Assembly (NCBI GenBank): GCA_963750165.1
Contig: CAVVPN010000011.1
Location: 2,240,001-2,304,000, forward strand
Length of the DNA stretch: 64,000 bases
Origin: an uncultured Gemmataceae bacterium
GTDB taxonomy: Bacteria; Planctomycetota; Planctomycetia; Gemmatales; Gemmataceae
Direction: 5' to 3'
In this document: one piece after another, positions 30,044 through 38,639 of the stretch
How positions within the stretch are numbered: the stretch's first letter is position 1
How the letters are laid out: every line of letters begins with the position of its first letter
The notes under the pieces: model-generated
Told to the model about the DNA's origin: nothing
Databases searched by the model: none
What the model saw: only the letters and a program-made list of their open reading frames with translations
Position numbers and translations under genes: made by a program

Positions 30044-30418
30044 ATGCTCACCGCGCGCCGCGTGCCCGTCAACCGCGTTCAGGCACTGCTGAAACTGGCC
30101 CGCCAGGTCCTCGACGAACAACACGGCCCCGACCCCGGCCCGGTCAGCGTCGTTATCGTCCGGGGCCAACTGGTCACCGTCAGCAGCGACCAGGCCGCCG
30201 AACAAGCCGTCATCGCCGCGGCACCGACGGCCGCGAACGTCGGCCCGCTACAGCGGCGCATCCTGCAGGCCCTGACAGCTTCCCCGCAGACCGCGCGACG
30301 GCTGGCCAGTTCGGTGAGGCACCGTTGCAATAGCTACTTTTACGAGCAGCTGCGACTGCTTGTGGACGCCGACCCACAACTGATCCGCCGCGTGTCCTGG
30401 GGCTACCGGCTGCCGTGA
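30044..30418 (+). CDS. Winged-HTH-like protein
   Basis: GAGGAG RBS; LQRRILQALTASPQTARRLA...GYRL. Confidence 0.55.
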   Translation: MLTARRVPVNRVQALLKLARQVLDEQHGPDPGPVSVVIVRGQLVTVSSDQAAEQAVIAAAPTAANVGPLQRRILQALTASPQTARRLASSVRHRCNSYFYEQLRLLVDADPQLIRRVSWGYRLP

Positions 30419-30461
30419 AGGTGGCAGGCAGCATGGAAACGGCCCTTCCGCCCAGAAAGAA

Positions 30462-30490
30462 AGGCCCCGGCCGTTCACTGGTCGGGGCCT
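30462..30490. terminator. Hairpin near the right end of the element
   Basis: AGGCCCCGGCC...GGTCGGGGCCT, preceded by an A-rich tract. Confidence 0.45.
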
Positions 30491-30532
30491 GATGCGAGAC
30501 TTGTGAAATATTGGAGAAAGTGCCTTCTCCTG

Positions 30533-30552
30533 CTCCCAGGAGCGTCGCTTCT
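30533..30552 (-). tRNA. tRNA-Trp 5' fragment at the right att site
   Basis: AGAAGCG-AC-GCTCCTGGGAG; AGAAGCG pairs with CGCTTCT at 6333-6339. Confidence 0.8.
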
Positions 30553-30560
30553 GTTCGTCA

Positions 30561-30635
30561 GGGTGTCCGGGGGGAATTGAACCCACCACCGCGACATTCA
30601 CAGTGTCGCATGCCGGCCATTACAACACGAACACC
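30561..30635 (-). tRNA. tRNA-His(GTG)
   Basis: CGACA-CTGTGAA-TGTCG; discriminator C. Confidence 0.8.
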
Positions 30636-30645
30636 ATCAATCCAG

Positions 30646-30715
30646 TTGCAGGCTCCGGTAACGATCCGGACGAGCCGGCCTTATGAGAGCCAGCCGGACG
30701 CCTGTCACGCCTGCA
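30646..30715 (-). tRNA. tRNA-Met/Ile2(CAT), atypical
   Basis: TGCAGGC/GCCTGCA; loop CTCATAA; short D arm; T loop ATCGTTA. Confidence 0.65.
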
Positions 30716-30723
30716 CCAGCAGA

Positions 30724-30800
30724 ATCAGCAGGAGGAGTCGAACCTCTTGGCAGTAGTTTTGCAGACCACCGGGGCACCATGTCCCTTCAGCCACTGCTGA
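30724..30800 (-). tRNA. tRNA-Cys(GCA)
   Basis: TCAGCAG/CTGCTGA; GTGGT-CTGCAAA-ACTAC; TTCGACT. Confidence 0.75.
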
Positions 30801-30808
30801 CGTTCCAG

Positions 30809-30892
30809 CGGAAAGGGAGGGAGTCGAACCCTCAAGGCTCATCGCTCAACCGTTTTCGGGACGGTCGCCATCGCCGATTGGCTTGCCTTTCC
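30809..30892 (-). tRNA. tRNA-Ser(CGA)
   Basis: GGAAAGG/CCTTTCC; ACCGT-CCCGAAA-ACGGT; long variable arm. Confidence 0.85.
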
Positions 30893-30903
30893 GTTTCACC
30901 CAG

Positions 30904-30975
30904 TTGGGGAGGTGGGAATCGAACCCACTTGCTCCAGCTCCCAAGGCTGGCGGACCGCCATTGTCCCACACCCCA
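30904..30975 (-). tRNA. tRNA-Pro(TGG)
   Basis: CCAGC-CTTGGGA-GCTGG; GTGGG-TTCGATT-CCCAC. Confidence 0.85.
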
Positions 30976-30992
30976 ATGTCACGCGCACGCAG

Positions 30993-31064
30993 TAGGGGCA
31001 GTTGGAATCGAACCAACACCTTCCTGTTTAAGAGACAGGTATGCCGCCGCTACACCATACCCCC
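30993..31064 (-). tRNA. tRNA-Lys(CTT)
   Basis: CCTGT-CTCTTAA-ACAGG; GTTGG-TTCGATT-CCAAC. Confidence 0.85.
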
Positions 31065-31088
31065 AGATCAATCGAACCGCCATCAACG

Positions 31089-31120
31089 AAAAAAGGCCGG
31101 GTGTCTGGTGACACCCGGCC
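31089..31120 (-). terminator. Intrinsic terminator (attenuator) just upstream of the tRNA array
   Basis: GGCCGGGTGTC-ACCA-GACACCCGGCC-TTTTTT. Confidence 0.8.
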
Positions 31121-31150
31121 CACACGCTGCTCGCGTGGAGTCCCGCAATG

Positions 31151-31240
31151 TCACAACCGTAAGTTGCACCGGCACGGCGCCATCGACGTGGGTTTATGCC
31201 ACGAATGGGGCTGCATCAAGTTAGTCCGTGCGGTCAACAT
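31151..31240 (-). CDS. Putative leader peptide MLTARTNLMQPHSWHKPTSMAPCRCNLRL
   Basis: GAGGA RBS a few nt upstream of the ATG; stop lies 30 nt before the terminator. Confidence 0.65.
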   Translation of the reverse strand: MLTARTNLMQPHSWHKPTSMAPCRCNLRL

Positions 31241-31349
31241 GGGTTCCTCAATTCGTCTCAGGATTAGCGTCTCACGTAGTAGTAGACGCGGCCACCCGGG
31301 AACTGGTTCGCCAGGAAAACGAAATTATTTGCCAGACTTGCGCGACAAT

Positions 31350-31473
31350 TAGAGCGGCTTGCGGTTGGGTGTAGCGGTCTGGGGTAGGTGCCGCGAGCCG
31401 AGCGGCACCCGCAGCCAGTCCGGCTCGGCTCGCCGGACCTACTACCCGCTACACGCACCTGCAATCCGCTCTA
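31350..31473. repeat. REP doublet inside TAGAGCGG/CCGCTCTA inverted repeats
   Basis: Outer IR resembles 1174-1298; inner GTAGGTGCCGCGAGCCGAG...CTCGGCTCGCCGGACCTAC. Confidence 0.6.
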
Positions 31474-31887
31474 GTCGCCCAGCACCGTCACCACGACGGT
31501 GCGCTTGCGCGGCCGGATGTCGCACTCCACGAAGATGACCTGTTGCCAGGTGCCCAGGATCAGCTTGCCGCGGCCGACCGGCACCGTCAGCGACGGCCCC
31601 AGCAGCGTCGCCTGCAGGTGGGAATGGCCGTTGCCGTCGTGCCACGCTTGCTCGTGGCCGTAGTCGCGGCTCGGCGGAATCAGGCGGTCCAGCAGTTCCG
31701 GCAGGTCGCGGCGCAGCCCCGGCTCGAACTCGATGGCGCCGATTGCTGCCGTGCTGCCAACGCAGAAGACGTCAGCAATCCCCGTTTTGATCCCCGAGCG
31801 GGCCACCACCGCCGCGACCTCGTCGGTCAGGTCATGCAGTTCGCCGTGGCCGCGCGTGTGCAGGCTCAGCGTTTCCTGATGCGTCAC
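31471..31887 (-). CDS. yjbQ: YjbQ/UPF0047 family protein
   Basis: GSTAAI, DGNGHSHL, LGTWQQV. Confidence 0.9.
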   Translation of the reverse strand: MTHQETLSLHTRGHGELHDLTDEVAAVVARSGIKTGIADVFCVGSTAAIGAIEFEPGLRRDLPELLDRLIPPSRDYGHEQAWHDGNGHSHLQATLLGPSLTVPVGRGKLILGTWQQVIFVECDIRPRKRTVVVTVLGD

Positions 31888-34112
31888 GGCGTCACTCCTT
31901 CTTTTCGCGGTGCCACCAGGCCGCCGAGCACCGCCGCCCAGCGGCTCATGGCCATCAGCAACAACAGGCCCACCGATACCATCACGAACAGCGTCATCAC
32001 CAGGTTCAGCCCGCCGCGCAGCGCCGTCGCCTCGTTGCCCAGCAGGGTCACGAACTCGGCTGTCATTTGCACTCCCGCAGTCATCGTCGTCGTGGTGACG
32101 AACAGCATCGGCAGCACCGTCACCCAGGCGTAGCGGGCCTTGCCGGTGTTGATGAGCAGCGTCGTCACCAGCGCCAGCGCCACCACCGCCAGCAGCTGGT
32201 TGGCGATGCCGAACATCGGCCAGATCGTACTGATCGAGCCCGTCGCCACCAGCCCGCCCCAGCCTGCCGTCACGATCAGCGTCGCCAGCGCCGCGCCCGG
32301 CAGCCAGTCCGTCTTCTCGAACCGCGGCACCACCTTGCCCACCGTTTCTTGAAGCAAAAAGCGGGCGATGCGCGTGCCGGTGTCGATGGTTGTTAATATG
32401 AACAGGGCTTCAAACATGATGGCGAAGTGATACCAGTATTTCATGACGCCTTCGATGGACAGGTTGAGCGTGTGCATGGCCCTGGTGAAGATGCGGGCCA
32501 TGCCGACCGCCAGCGTCACGGCGCCGCCGGTGCGGCCGCGCAGCGATTCGTTGCCGACCAGCTTCTCGATCTGGGCAAGGTTTTCGTGCTCCACATCGAG
32601 GTGCGCCACCGTGTCCACGTTGGCGTTGTGCAGGCGGTCCTTGCTCGCCTGCGGGTCGATACCGTGTTCGCGGTACAGGTCGTTCAGCTGGCCCTGCCAC
32701 TTCTCCGCGCTCTCCAGATCGACGTTGATCGGGTAATACAAATCCAGCGGCAGCGACGCGGCGGCGATCAGCGCCACCACGCCGACCAGGCCCTCCAGCA
32801 GCATCGAGCCGTAGCCGATGGGCCGCACGTCCGATTCCTTGTTAATCATCTTCGGCGTCGTGCCGGACGACACCAGTGCGTGGAAGCCGGAGATGGCGCC
32901 GCACATGATGCAGATGAACACAAACGGGAAAATGTTCCCCTTGAAGGTCGGGCCGCCGTTGATGAAGGTGTAGTTGACGGTTGGTTGCGGCAGCGGCGGA
33001 TTGGCCAGGATGACACCGAGCACCAGCAGCGCAATGGTGCCGACCTTGAGGAAACTGGAGATGTAGTCGCGCGGGCATAGCAGCATCCACACCGGCAGCA
33101 CCGACGCGATGAAGCCGTAGCCGCACAGCGCCAGCACCGTCTGCGTCTTGTCGAGCGAGAACATGCGGTGCAGTGTTGGGTCTTCCGGGATCAGGGCGCC
33201 GGCGATGGTCGCCGTCAGCACGCCGGCGGCGCCGATCAGCGACGCCTCGATCACGCGGCCCTTGCGGATGCGGTACATCCACAGGCCGACGAACAGCGCG
33301 ATGGGAATGGTGCAGGCGATGGTGAACGTGCCCCAGGAACTGCCTTCCACCAGCTGGATGGAGTCCGGCGGCAAGGTGACGACGTTGCCGACGGTGGTGA
33401 AGGTGCTGCCGGCCTGCACGGCGACCTGGAACGCCTCGGGCCGCGACTCGGTGGGCGTGCCCGGTCGGTAGCGGATGTCGCAGCCCTTCGGGAAGCGGTA
33501 GACGGTGCGCTCGGCGGTGTCGCGGTCGGCGACGCGCTGCGGCGACTGGCCCGGCGGCAGCGTGATTTGCATGGTTTTCGGCAGCTTCACCTCTTCGCCG
33601 CCGAGCGCCTTGACGACGACCAGGCCGAGGCCGGCCAGGGCGATGATGACGATGAACAGGATCGCCAGCGACACGACGACGGCCGCGGGCTTGCCCACTT
33701 CCGTCAGCGCGATCTGCGCCAGCGACTTGCCGCCGCGGCGCACCGAGGCGGCCAGCACGAGCATGTCCTGCACCGCCCCCGCTAAACAGACGCCGACCAG
33801 CAGCCAGAGCAGGCCGGGCATGTAGCCGTACTGGATGGCGAGCACCGGGCCGATGAGCGGGCCGGCGCCGCTGATGGCGGCGAAGTGGTGGCCGAACAAT
33901 ACCCATTTATTGGTGGGATGATAGTTCTGACCGTCGTTGAACTGGTGAGCGGGCGTGACGCGGCTGTCGTCCAGGGCGGCGACGCGGGCGGCGAGGAAGG
34001 CGCTGTAATAGCGATAGGCGATGGCCAGCACGCACAGCACCACCAGCAGCAGCGGCATCGCCCGCAGCACCGGCTGGCCGTTGACCTCGTCCACGAACAG
34101 GCTCGCCAACAT
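31884..34112 (-). CDS. cstA: Carbon starvation protein A
   Basis: FGHHFAAISGAGPLIGP, PRDY, CGAISGFH, IWPMFGIANQLL. Confidence 0.95.
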   Translation of the reverse strand: MLASLFVDEVNGQPVLRAMPLLLVVLCVLAIAYRYYSAFLAARVAALDDSRVTPAHQFNDGQNYHPTNKWVLFGHHFAAISGAGPLIGPVLAIQYGYMPGLLWLLVGVCLAGAVQDMLVLAASVRRGGKSLAQIALTEVGKPAAVVVSLAILFIVIIALAGLGLVVVKALGGEEVKLPKTMQITLPPGQSPQRVADRDTAERTVYRFPKGCDIRYRPGTPTESRPEAFQVAVQAGSTFTTVGNVVTLPPDSIQLVEGSSWGTFTIACTIPIALFVGLWMYRIRKGRVIEASLIGAAGVLTATIAGALIPEDPTLHRMFSLDKTQTVLALCGYGFIASVLPVWMLLCPRDYISSFLKVGTIALLVLGVILANPPLPQPTVNYTFINGGPTFKGNIFPFVFICIMCGAISGFHALVSSGTTPKMINKESDVRPIGYGSMLLEGLVGVVALIAAASLPLDLYYPINVDLESAEKWQGQLNDLYREHGIDPQASKDRLHNANVDTVAHLDVEHENLAQIEKLVGNESLRGRTGGAVTLAVGMARIFTRAMHTLNLSIEGVMKYWYHFAIMFEALFILTTIDTGTRIARFLLQETVGKVVPRFEKTDWLPGAALATLIVTAGWGGLVATGSISTIWPMFGIANQLLAVVALALVTTLLINTGKARYAWVTVLPMLFVTTTTMTAGVQMTAEFVTLLGNEATALRGGLNLVMTLFVMVSVGLLLLMAMSRWAAVLGGLVAPRKEGVTP

Positions 34113-34130
34113 CCAGATTACTCCAAAAGG

Positions 34131-34171
34131 ATTTCACCACGGAGCGCGCTCCGCGTGCTCCGTGGTGAAAT
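34131..34171. repeat. Short palindrome
   Basis: ATTTCACCACGGAGC...GCTCCGTGGTGAAAT. Confidence 0.5.
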
Positions 34172-34177
34172 CTCTTG

Positions 34178-35146
34178 TTAAAACCACCAGGCCTTGCCCG
34201 CGGGCTCGCGCGGCAGCAGCCCACGCAGATACGTCACCGCGCGCGTGAAGCCCTCCTGCCAGCTGAGATAGCTGTCCTCGTGCTCGATGGACAGCACCCC
34301 ATCATAACCCACCGCCCGTAGCATGCTCACGAACGGCTTCCAAAACTCGTCGCCGTGACCGTAGCCGCAGGCGCGGAACACCCACGACCGGTGTTGCACG
34401 TCGCCGTAGCTCTTGGTGTCGAGCACGCCGTTGACGCGGGTGTTGTGCGCGTCAATCGCCACGTCCTTGGCGTGCAGGTGAAAGATGGCCCCGGCGCCGC
34501 CCAGCACACGCACCGCCTCCACGGGATCGATGCCCTGCCAGAACAGGTGCGACGGGTCCAGGTTCGCGCCGACGGTGTCGCCGGCCAGCTGCCGCAGCCG
34601 CAGCAGCGTCTCGGGATTGTAGACCGCGAAGCCGGGGTGCGCCTCCACGGCGATGCGCACGCCTTCGTCGCGCGCCTCACGGGCCTTGCGCTGCCAGTAC
34701 GGCGTCAGCACGTCGTTCCATTGATATTCCAGGATCTGTGCGAACTCGGTCGGCCAGACGCAGGTGACCCAGTTCGGCGTATGGTCGCCGGGCTTGCCGC
34801 CGGGACAGCCGCTGAAGGTGTTGACCACGCCGACGCCCAGCTTCGAAGCGAGACGCACCACGGTGTCGTGAATCTGCTCGGCGCGGCGGGCCACGTCCGG
34901 GTCGGGGTGGACGCCGTTGCCGTGACAGGACAGGGCGCTGATTTCGAGGTGGTGTTTGGCCAGGTCGTCCAGGAGGCGCTGTCGGGCGGTGGCGCTGTCC
35001 AGCAGCTCAGCGGCGTTCACGAGCGGCGTTTTCGTGTAGGCGCCGCCAGCCAGTTCGATGGCGTCCAGGCCGAGCGACTGGCAGTACGCCAGCGCCCGTT
35101 CCCAGCCCAGCGCCGCGACGCCAGCACTCATCACGCCGAGTTTCAT
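34178..35146 (-). CDS. Sugar phosphate isomerase/epimerase (TIM barrel)
   Basis: EAHPG, DPSH, HAKD, SIEHED. Confidence 0.9.
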   Translation of the reverse strand: MKLGVMSAGVAALGWERALAYCQSLGLDAIELAGGAYTKTPLVNAAELLDSATARQRLLDDLAKHHLEISALSCHGNGVHPDPDVARRAEQIHDTVVRLASKLGVGVVNTFSGCPGGKPGDHTPNWVTCVWPTEFAQILEYQWNDVLTPYWQRKAREARDEGVRIAVEAHPGFAVYNPETLLRLRQLAGDTVGANLDPSHLFWQGIDPVEAVRVLGGAGAIFHLHAKDVAIDAHNTRVNGVLDTKSYGDVQHRSWVFRACGYGHGDEFWKPFVSMLRAVGYDGVLSIEHEDSYLSWQEGFTRAVTYLRGLLPREPAGKAWWF

Positions 35147-35176
35147 AAGTCTCCAGGGGGTGAATGGTATTGGTTT

Positions 35177-35229
35177 GTAGTACCGCCTTCAGGCGGGTTG
35201 GGGCGAAGACCGCCTGAAGGCGGTACTAC
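35177..35229. repeat. REP doublet
   Basis: GTAGTACCGCCTTCAGGCGG...CCGCCTGAAGGCGGTACTAC. Confidence 0.7.
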
Positions 35230-35245
35230 GAACGAAGAAGCCGCA

Positions 35246-37873
35246 TCAATCCGGCGTGCTGCTGCGGCGCGTGAAATACTCGCTCTTGGCGTACACGCTG
35301 ATGATCGCGTTGCCGACCTCGAAGAACGTGCCCTCCGCCTCGTCCTTCGACAGCGCCAGGTCCGGGTACTTCGTACCCAACTCCTCCGCGTTCAGCGCCT
35401 TCACCTCGATCTCGTCCGGCAGCAGGCCCGTCGCGCCGATGTAGAACACCAGCGGCGACACCTTGTCACGATACAACTCGTCGGCGAAGTCATCGACCTT
35501 GCGCCGCGCCTCGGTCAGCGCCGCGACGAACTCCGCCGTCGGCACCGCCTTGCCCGCGTGCTTCTGGTCCAGCAGTTTCGCCAGCTTCGTGTCGCCGACC
35601 TTCTTCAAAATCGCCGCCACGCTGCCGTTCTTCTCCAGCCCCAGGAAGTCGTCGAAGATCCGCTGCATGAACAGATCGACCGGCGTCACGCGCGTCCGCG
35701 CCGACAGCGTTTTGCGGCGGAAGGTCACGCCCTCTGCCAACGTCTGGTCGAAGGTTGGCTTCGGCAACACGTTGCCGCGCGCGTCCACCATCTCGTACAG
35801 CCGCTCCAAAAACTTGTTGGCCGAGTGCAGCTTGCCCACGCTCAAGATCGTGCGGTTGCCGAGATCGACCTTGTAGCTGACGCGCGTATCAACACTGCCG
35901 TCCGCCAGCGCCTGTTCCAGGTCCGTGTACTCCGTCGTCGTCGGGAAGTTGATGAACAGGCTCTTCGACAGGTAGTGCTTCTTCAACTCCTCGACCTGCT
36001 CCGGCGTGAAGGTCGCCGACTCCTCCTTGAGGTACGCGCCCAGGATGCTCGACAGCACCTTCAACTCCGCCAGCTGCTCGAACAGGCCGTCCAGCTCCAC
36101 CTTGCCCGTGAACGGCGGCACCAGCGGCAAATCGTCCAGCTTCAGCGTGTATTCCGCTTTCGGGTCGAACTTCGCCGCCGGCTTGCCGTCCAGTTCCAGC
36201 ACACCAGCCTCGGCCAGCTTGTCGTACAGCGGTTTCTGGTTGACGCGAATCGCCAGCGACTTCACGTTCAGCTCGCCGTCGCCGACCAGCGTGTAATTGT
36301 TGAAGGTCGTCAGGTCCGTCAGCGGAATGCCCGCGACTTCATTGATCGGCTTGCCGCCCTCGACCGTCACCAGCCGCACCCGCCGCGGCACCAGCATGTT
36401 CAGGTTCGCCGTGTTGCGGTTGATGTCGAAACTCGACACCTTGGCGTAGTCGCTATCGTCCACGTTCTCCGTCTTCAGCCACGGCTTGACCAGGTTGCCG
36501 TTCTCGTCGCGGCTGCCCTGGATGCGCTTCAGGCCGCGCCGCACGTAGTCCTGCTGCAATTTCTTCATGTTCACCAGGAAGCCGTCCCTGTGCTCGCCCA
36601 GGATGCCGACCAGCGTCAGCAGGGGGATGCGCGTGTTGACCGGCACCTCCGTACGGACGTCATGTTCTTGCAGGATGGCCGGCTGGAACAGCACCGCGTC
36701 CAGGTCCAGTGCCAGGGCCGCCACCTGCAGGTTTGTCAGGGCGCGGGCGTGCTGGTTGAGCAGCGTCGCGTCAAACGTGCTGGCCACTGCGTACTTGGCG
36801 GTGTTGAGGTTGCCGTTGGACAGCTCCGCCCGCGCGAACGCCAGCACCGCCTCGCTCGTCTGCTCCACCGGCACCTTCTTGTCGGCGTCGTACTCCTTCT
36901 TCTCAACCTTGCGGTACTTGTAGAAAACGCCGTCGTCCTCGGGCCGCAGGCCGCGGATGCGCAGCGGGCCGGCGGCGCCCAGCAGCTTGTTGCCGCTGTG
37001 CGACACGAACACCTGGTAGTCGTACTCCGGCGACAGCGGCTCCTCCAGCGCCGGCGCGATCTTGCCATCCAGCAGCTTCTCGGTGTTGTACAGCGTGTCG
37101 TACACCTCCTTGATGCTGCCGGCCTTGACGCAGTTGCCCGAGACATTGTTGGCCACGTGCGCCAGCAGCCGGAAGTCGGAATAGTTCGAGTAGGCGATGG
37201 TGTTGACGAAGACCTCGCGGCCTTGCAGTTGTTCGCACAACTTGTCGAGCGTCTTGGCCTCGCTGGTGGGGCTGGGGTGGTTGGCGTAGCCGTCGCTGTG
37301 CAGCGTGATGGCGGTCAGTTCGCCCTCCTTCGCCAGCGACGCGGCCAGTTCCACCGCCTGCGAGATGCACGTCAGGCCGGTCACGCGGATCTGCTTGATT
37401 TCCTTGATCTCGTCCGAGTTGGGCTTGAGGATGTCGCTCAGCTTCGAGCGCTGGAAGTGAACGCGGCAGTCGCCCTTCGATGAGTACGAGATCAGCGTCA
37501 CCAGCAGGTCGGACTGCTGGTACTCGTCGAGCGTCAGCAGCTTGATGAGGGTGTTCTTGGTGGCCTCGATGTCGCTGTACATCGAGCCGGAGCGGTCGAT
37601 GATGATGATGCTGTGGACGACCTCCCTGGCGGTGGGCGACTGCTCGAAGTTGAGCGGCACGCGGTCCACGAGGTAGTACGCGCGCGGCTTGCCGAGGAAG
37701 TTGTAGAGCGTGAAGCGCGAGCGGGCCGGGGCGGATACCGGCGCCTTGGCCGGCTTGACGGCCGGGGCCTTCGTCTTGGCGGCGGGCTTGCGTTTGGCCG
37801 CGGCGGGCTTCACGGCGGCGTCGGGGGCGGTCGGGGCCTGCGGGGCGGCGGGGGAGCGGCGCGGTTTGGCCAT
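35246..37873 (-). CDS. vWA domain protein of unknown function
   Basis: DRSGSM MIDAS, HSDGY; AKP-rich N-terminal tail. Confidence 0.8.
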   Translation of the reverse strand: MAKPRRSPAAPQAPTAPDAAVKPAAAKRKPAAKTKAPAVKPAKAPVSAPARSRFTLYNFLGKPRAYYLVDRVPLNFEQSPTAREVVHSIIIIDRSGSMYSDIEATKNTLIKLLTLDEYQQSDLLVTLISYSSKGDCRVHFQRSKLSDILKPNSDEIKEIKQIRVTGLTCISQAVELAASLAKEGELTAITLHSDGYANHPSPTSEAKTLDKLCEQLQGREVFVNTIAYSNYSDFRLLAHVANNVSGNCVKAGSIKEVYDTLYNTEKLLDGKIAPALEEPLSPEYDYQVFVSHSGNKLLGAAGPLRIRGLRPEDDGVFYKYRKVEKKEYDADKKVPVEQTSEAVLAFARAELSNGNLNTAKYAVASTFDATLLNQHARALTNLQVAALALDLDAVLFQPAILQEHDVRTEVPVNTRIPLLTLVGILGEHRDGFLVNMKKLQQDYVRRGLKRIQGSRDENGNLVKPWLKTENVDDSDYAKVSSFDINRNTANLNMLVPRRVRLVTVEGGKPINEVAGIPLTDLTTFNNYTLVGDGELNVKSLAIRVNQKPLYDKLAEAGVLELDGKPAAKFDPKAEYTLKLDDLPLVPPFTGKVELDGLFEQLAELKVLSSILGAYLKEESATFTPEQVEELKKHYLSKSLFINFPTTTEYTDLEQALADGSVDTRVSYKVDLGNRTILSVGKLHSANKFLERLYEMVDARGNVLPKPTFDQTLAEGVTFRRKTLSARTRVTPVDLFMQRIFDDFLGLEKNGSVAAILKKVGDTKLAKLLDQKHAGKAVPTAEFVAALTEARRKVDDFADELYRDKVSPLVFYIGATGLLPDEIEVKALNAEELGTKYPDLALSKDEAEGTFFEVGNAIISVYAKSEYFTRRSSTPD

Positions 37874-38160
37874 GTGCAATCTCCTGGAGTCCCTGGGGGT
37901 GATGCGCGAGCTGGGATCGCGGCGGCAGTCCACGGGCGTGCCTGGCGAATCGCTGTCGATTCTACCGGATACAAGTATGCTGCCGGCTCTGACGATTCAG
38001 ACACTTTTTTGGGACAGCGAAGCAAGTGAGGCTGCGCCGGGCTCGCCGGGAGTGCCGGATTTGCGCATTGTATGGGGAGCGCTGAAGAAATGCTCCAGGG
38101 CCGTGTACCAGGGAGGACCTGCGACGCCCGGGAAATGCCCCGGCAGGGCTCGGGATGGTC

Positions 38161-38212
38161 TTGACAGGGATGGCTGTGCCGCTAGAATGGAAGTGTTGAG
38201 ATTCAGTCTCAA
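38161..38212 (+). promoter_or_regulatory. Promoter and Fur-like palindrome upstream of bfd
   Basis: TTGACA-N16-TAGAAT; TTGAGATTCAGTCTCAA at 38196-38212. Confidence 0.6.
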
Positions 38213-38283
38213 TATCAACGCGCGGGAAGCTGTTGACCACCCACCTGATCTTCCCGCCTAACGTCGTGCGAGGACGTTCCGAG

Positions 38284-38499
38284 ATGGACCCCCGATGCTC
38301 GAATGGCTGTGAGGGCTGCCCGGTGCGGCTGGTGTGTCGCTGCCTGCAAGTCACCGAGGAGGCGGTGCTGGAGGCGGTGCGCACGTTGCAGCTGCGGACG
38401 GTCAAGGACATCCGCCAGCACACCGGGGCCGGAGACGGTTGCACCTGCTGTCACAAGCGGCTGGAGCGCTTCCTCGAACAGTACGCCATCGCCTCCTGA
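38284..38499 (+). CDS. bfd: Bacterioferritin-associated [2Fe-2S] ferredoxin
   Basis: VCRCLQVTE...TGAGDGCTCC. Confidence 0.85.
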   Translation: MDPRCSNGCEGCPVRLVCRCLQVTEEAVLEAVRTLQLRTVKDIRQHTGAGDGCTCCHKRLERFLEQYAIAS

Positions 38500-38530
38500 T
38501 ACCAAATCGCCTTGATGGTTCTTGGTCTTC

Positions 38531-38582
38531 ACCAGCCCGAAGCGTGAGCGAGGGTGGCCCTCGCTCACGCTTCGGGCTAGTG
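38531..38582. repeat. REP doublet
   Basis: AGCCCGAAGCGTGAGCGAGGG...CCCTCGCTCACGCTTCGGGCT. Confidence 0.7.
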
Positions 38583-38639
38583 GATGAAGAAGGGCCAGGG
38601 CGATCCCATATGAGACAGCCCGTTGCCGCCCGTGGCGGG

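Larger units (their letters stand above)
6383..30543. mobile_element. Integrated prophage/satellite-like element (~24.15 kb) in tRNA-Trp
   Basis: 11-bp direct repeat CTCCCAGGAGC at 6383-6393 and 30533-30543; serine integrase next to the left end; phage replication, head and tail genes inside. Confidence 0.9.

Noticed and set aside
30511..31352. Short plus-strand ORFs
   Set aside because: They lie antisense over the tRNA array and its leader.
34355..37483. 1042-aa plus-strand ORF
   Set aside because: Antisense shadow of the vWA and isomerase genes; typical high-GC artefact.
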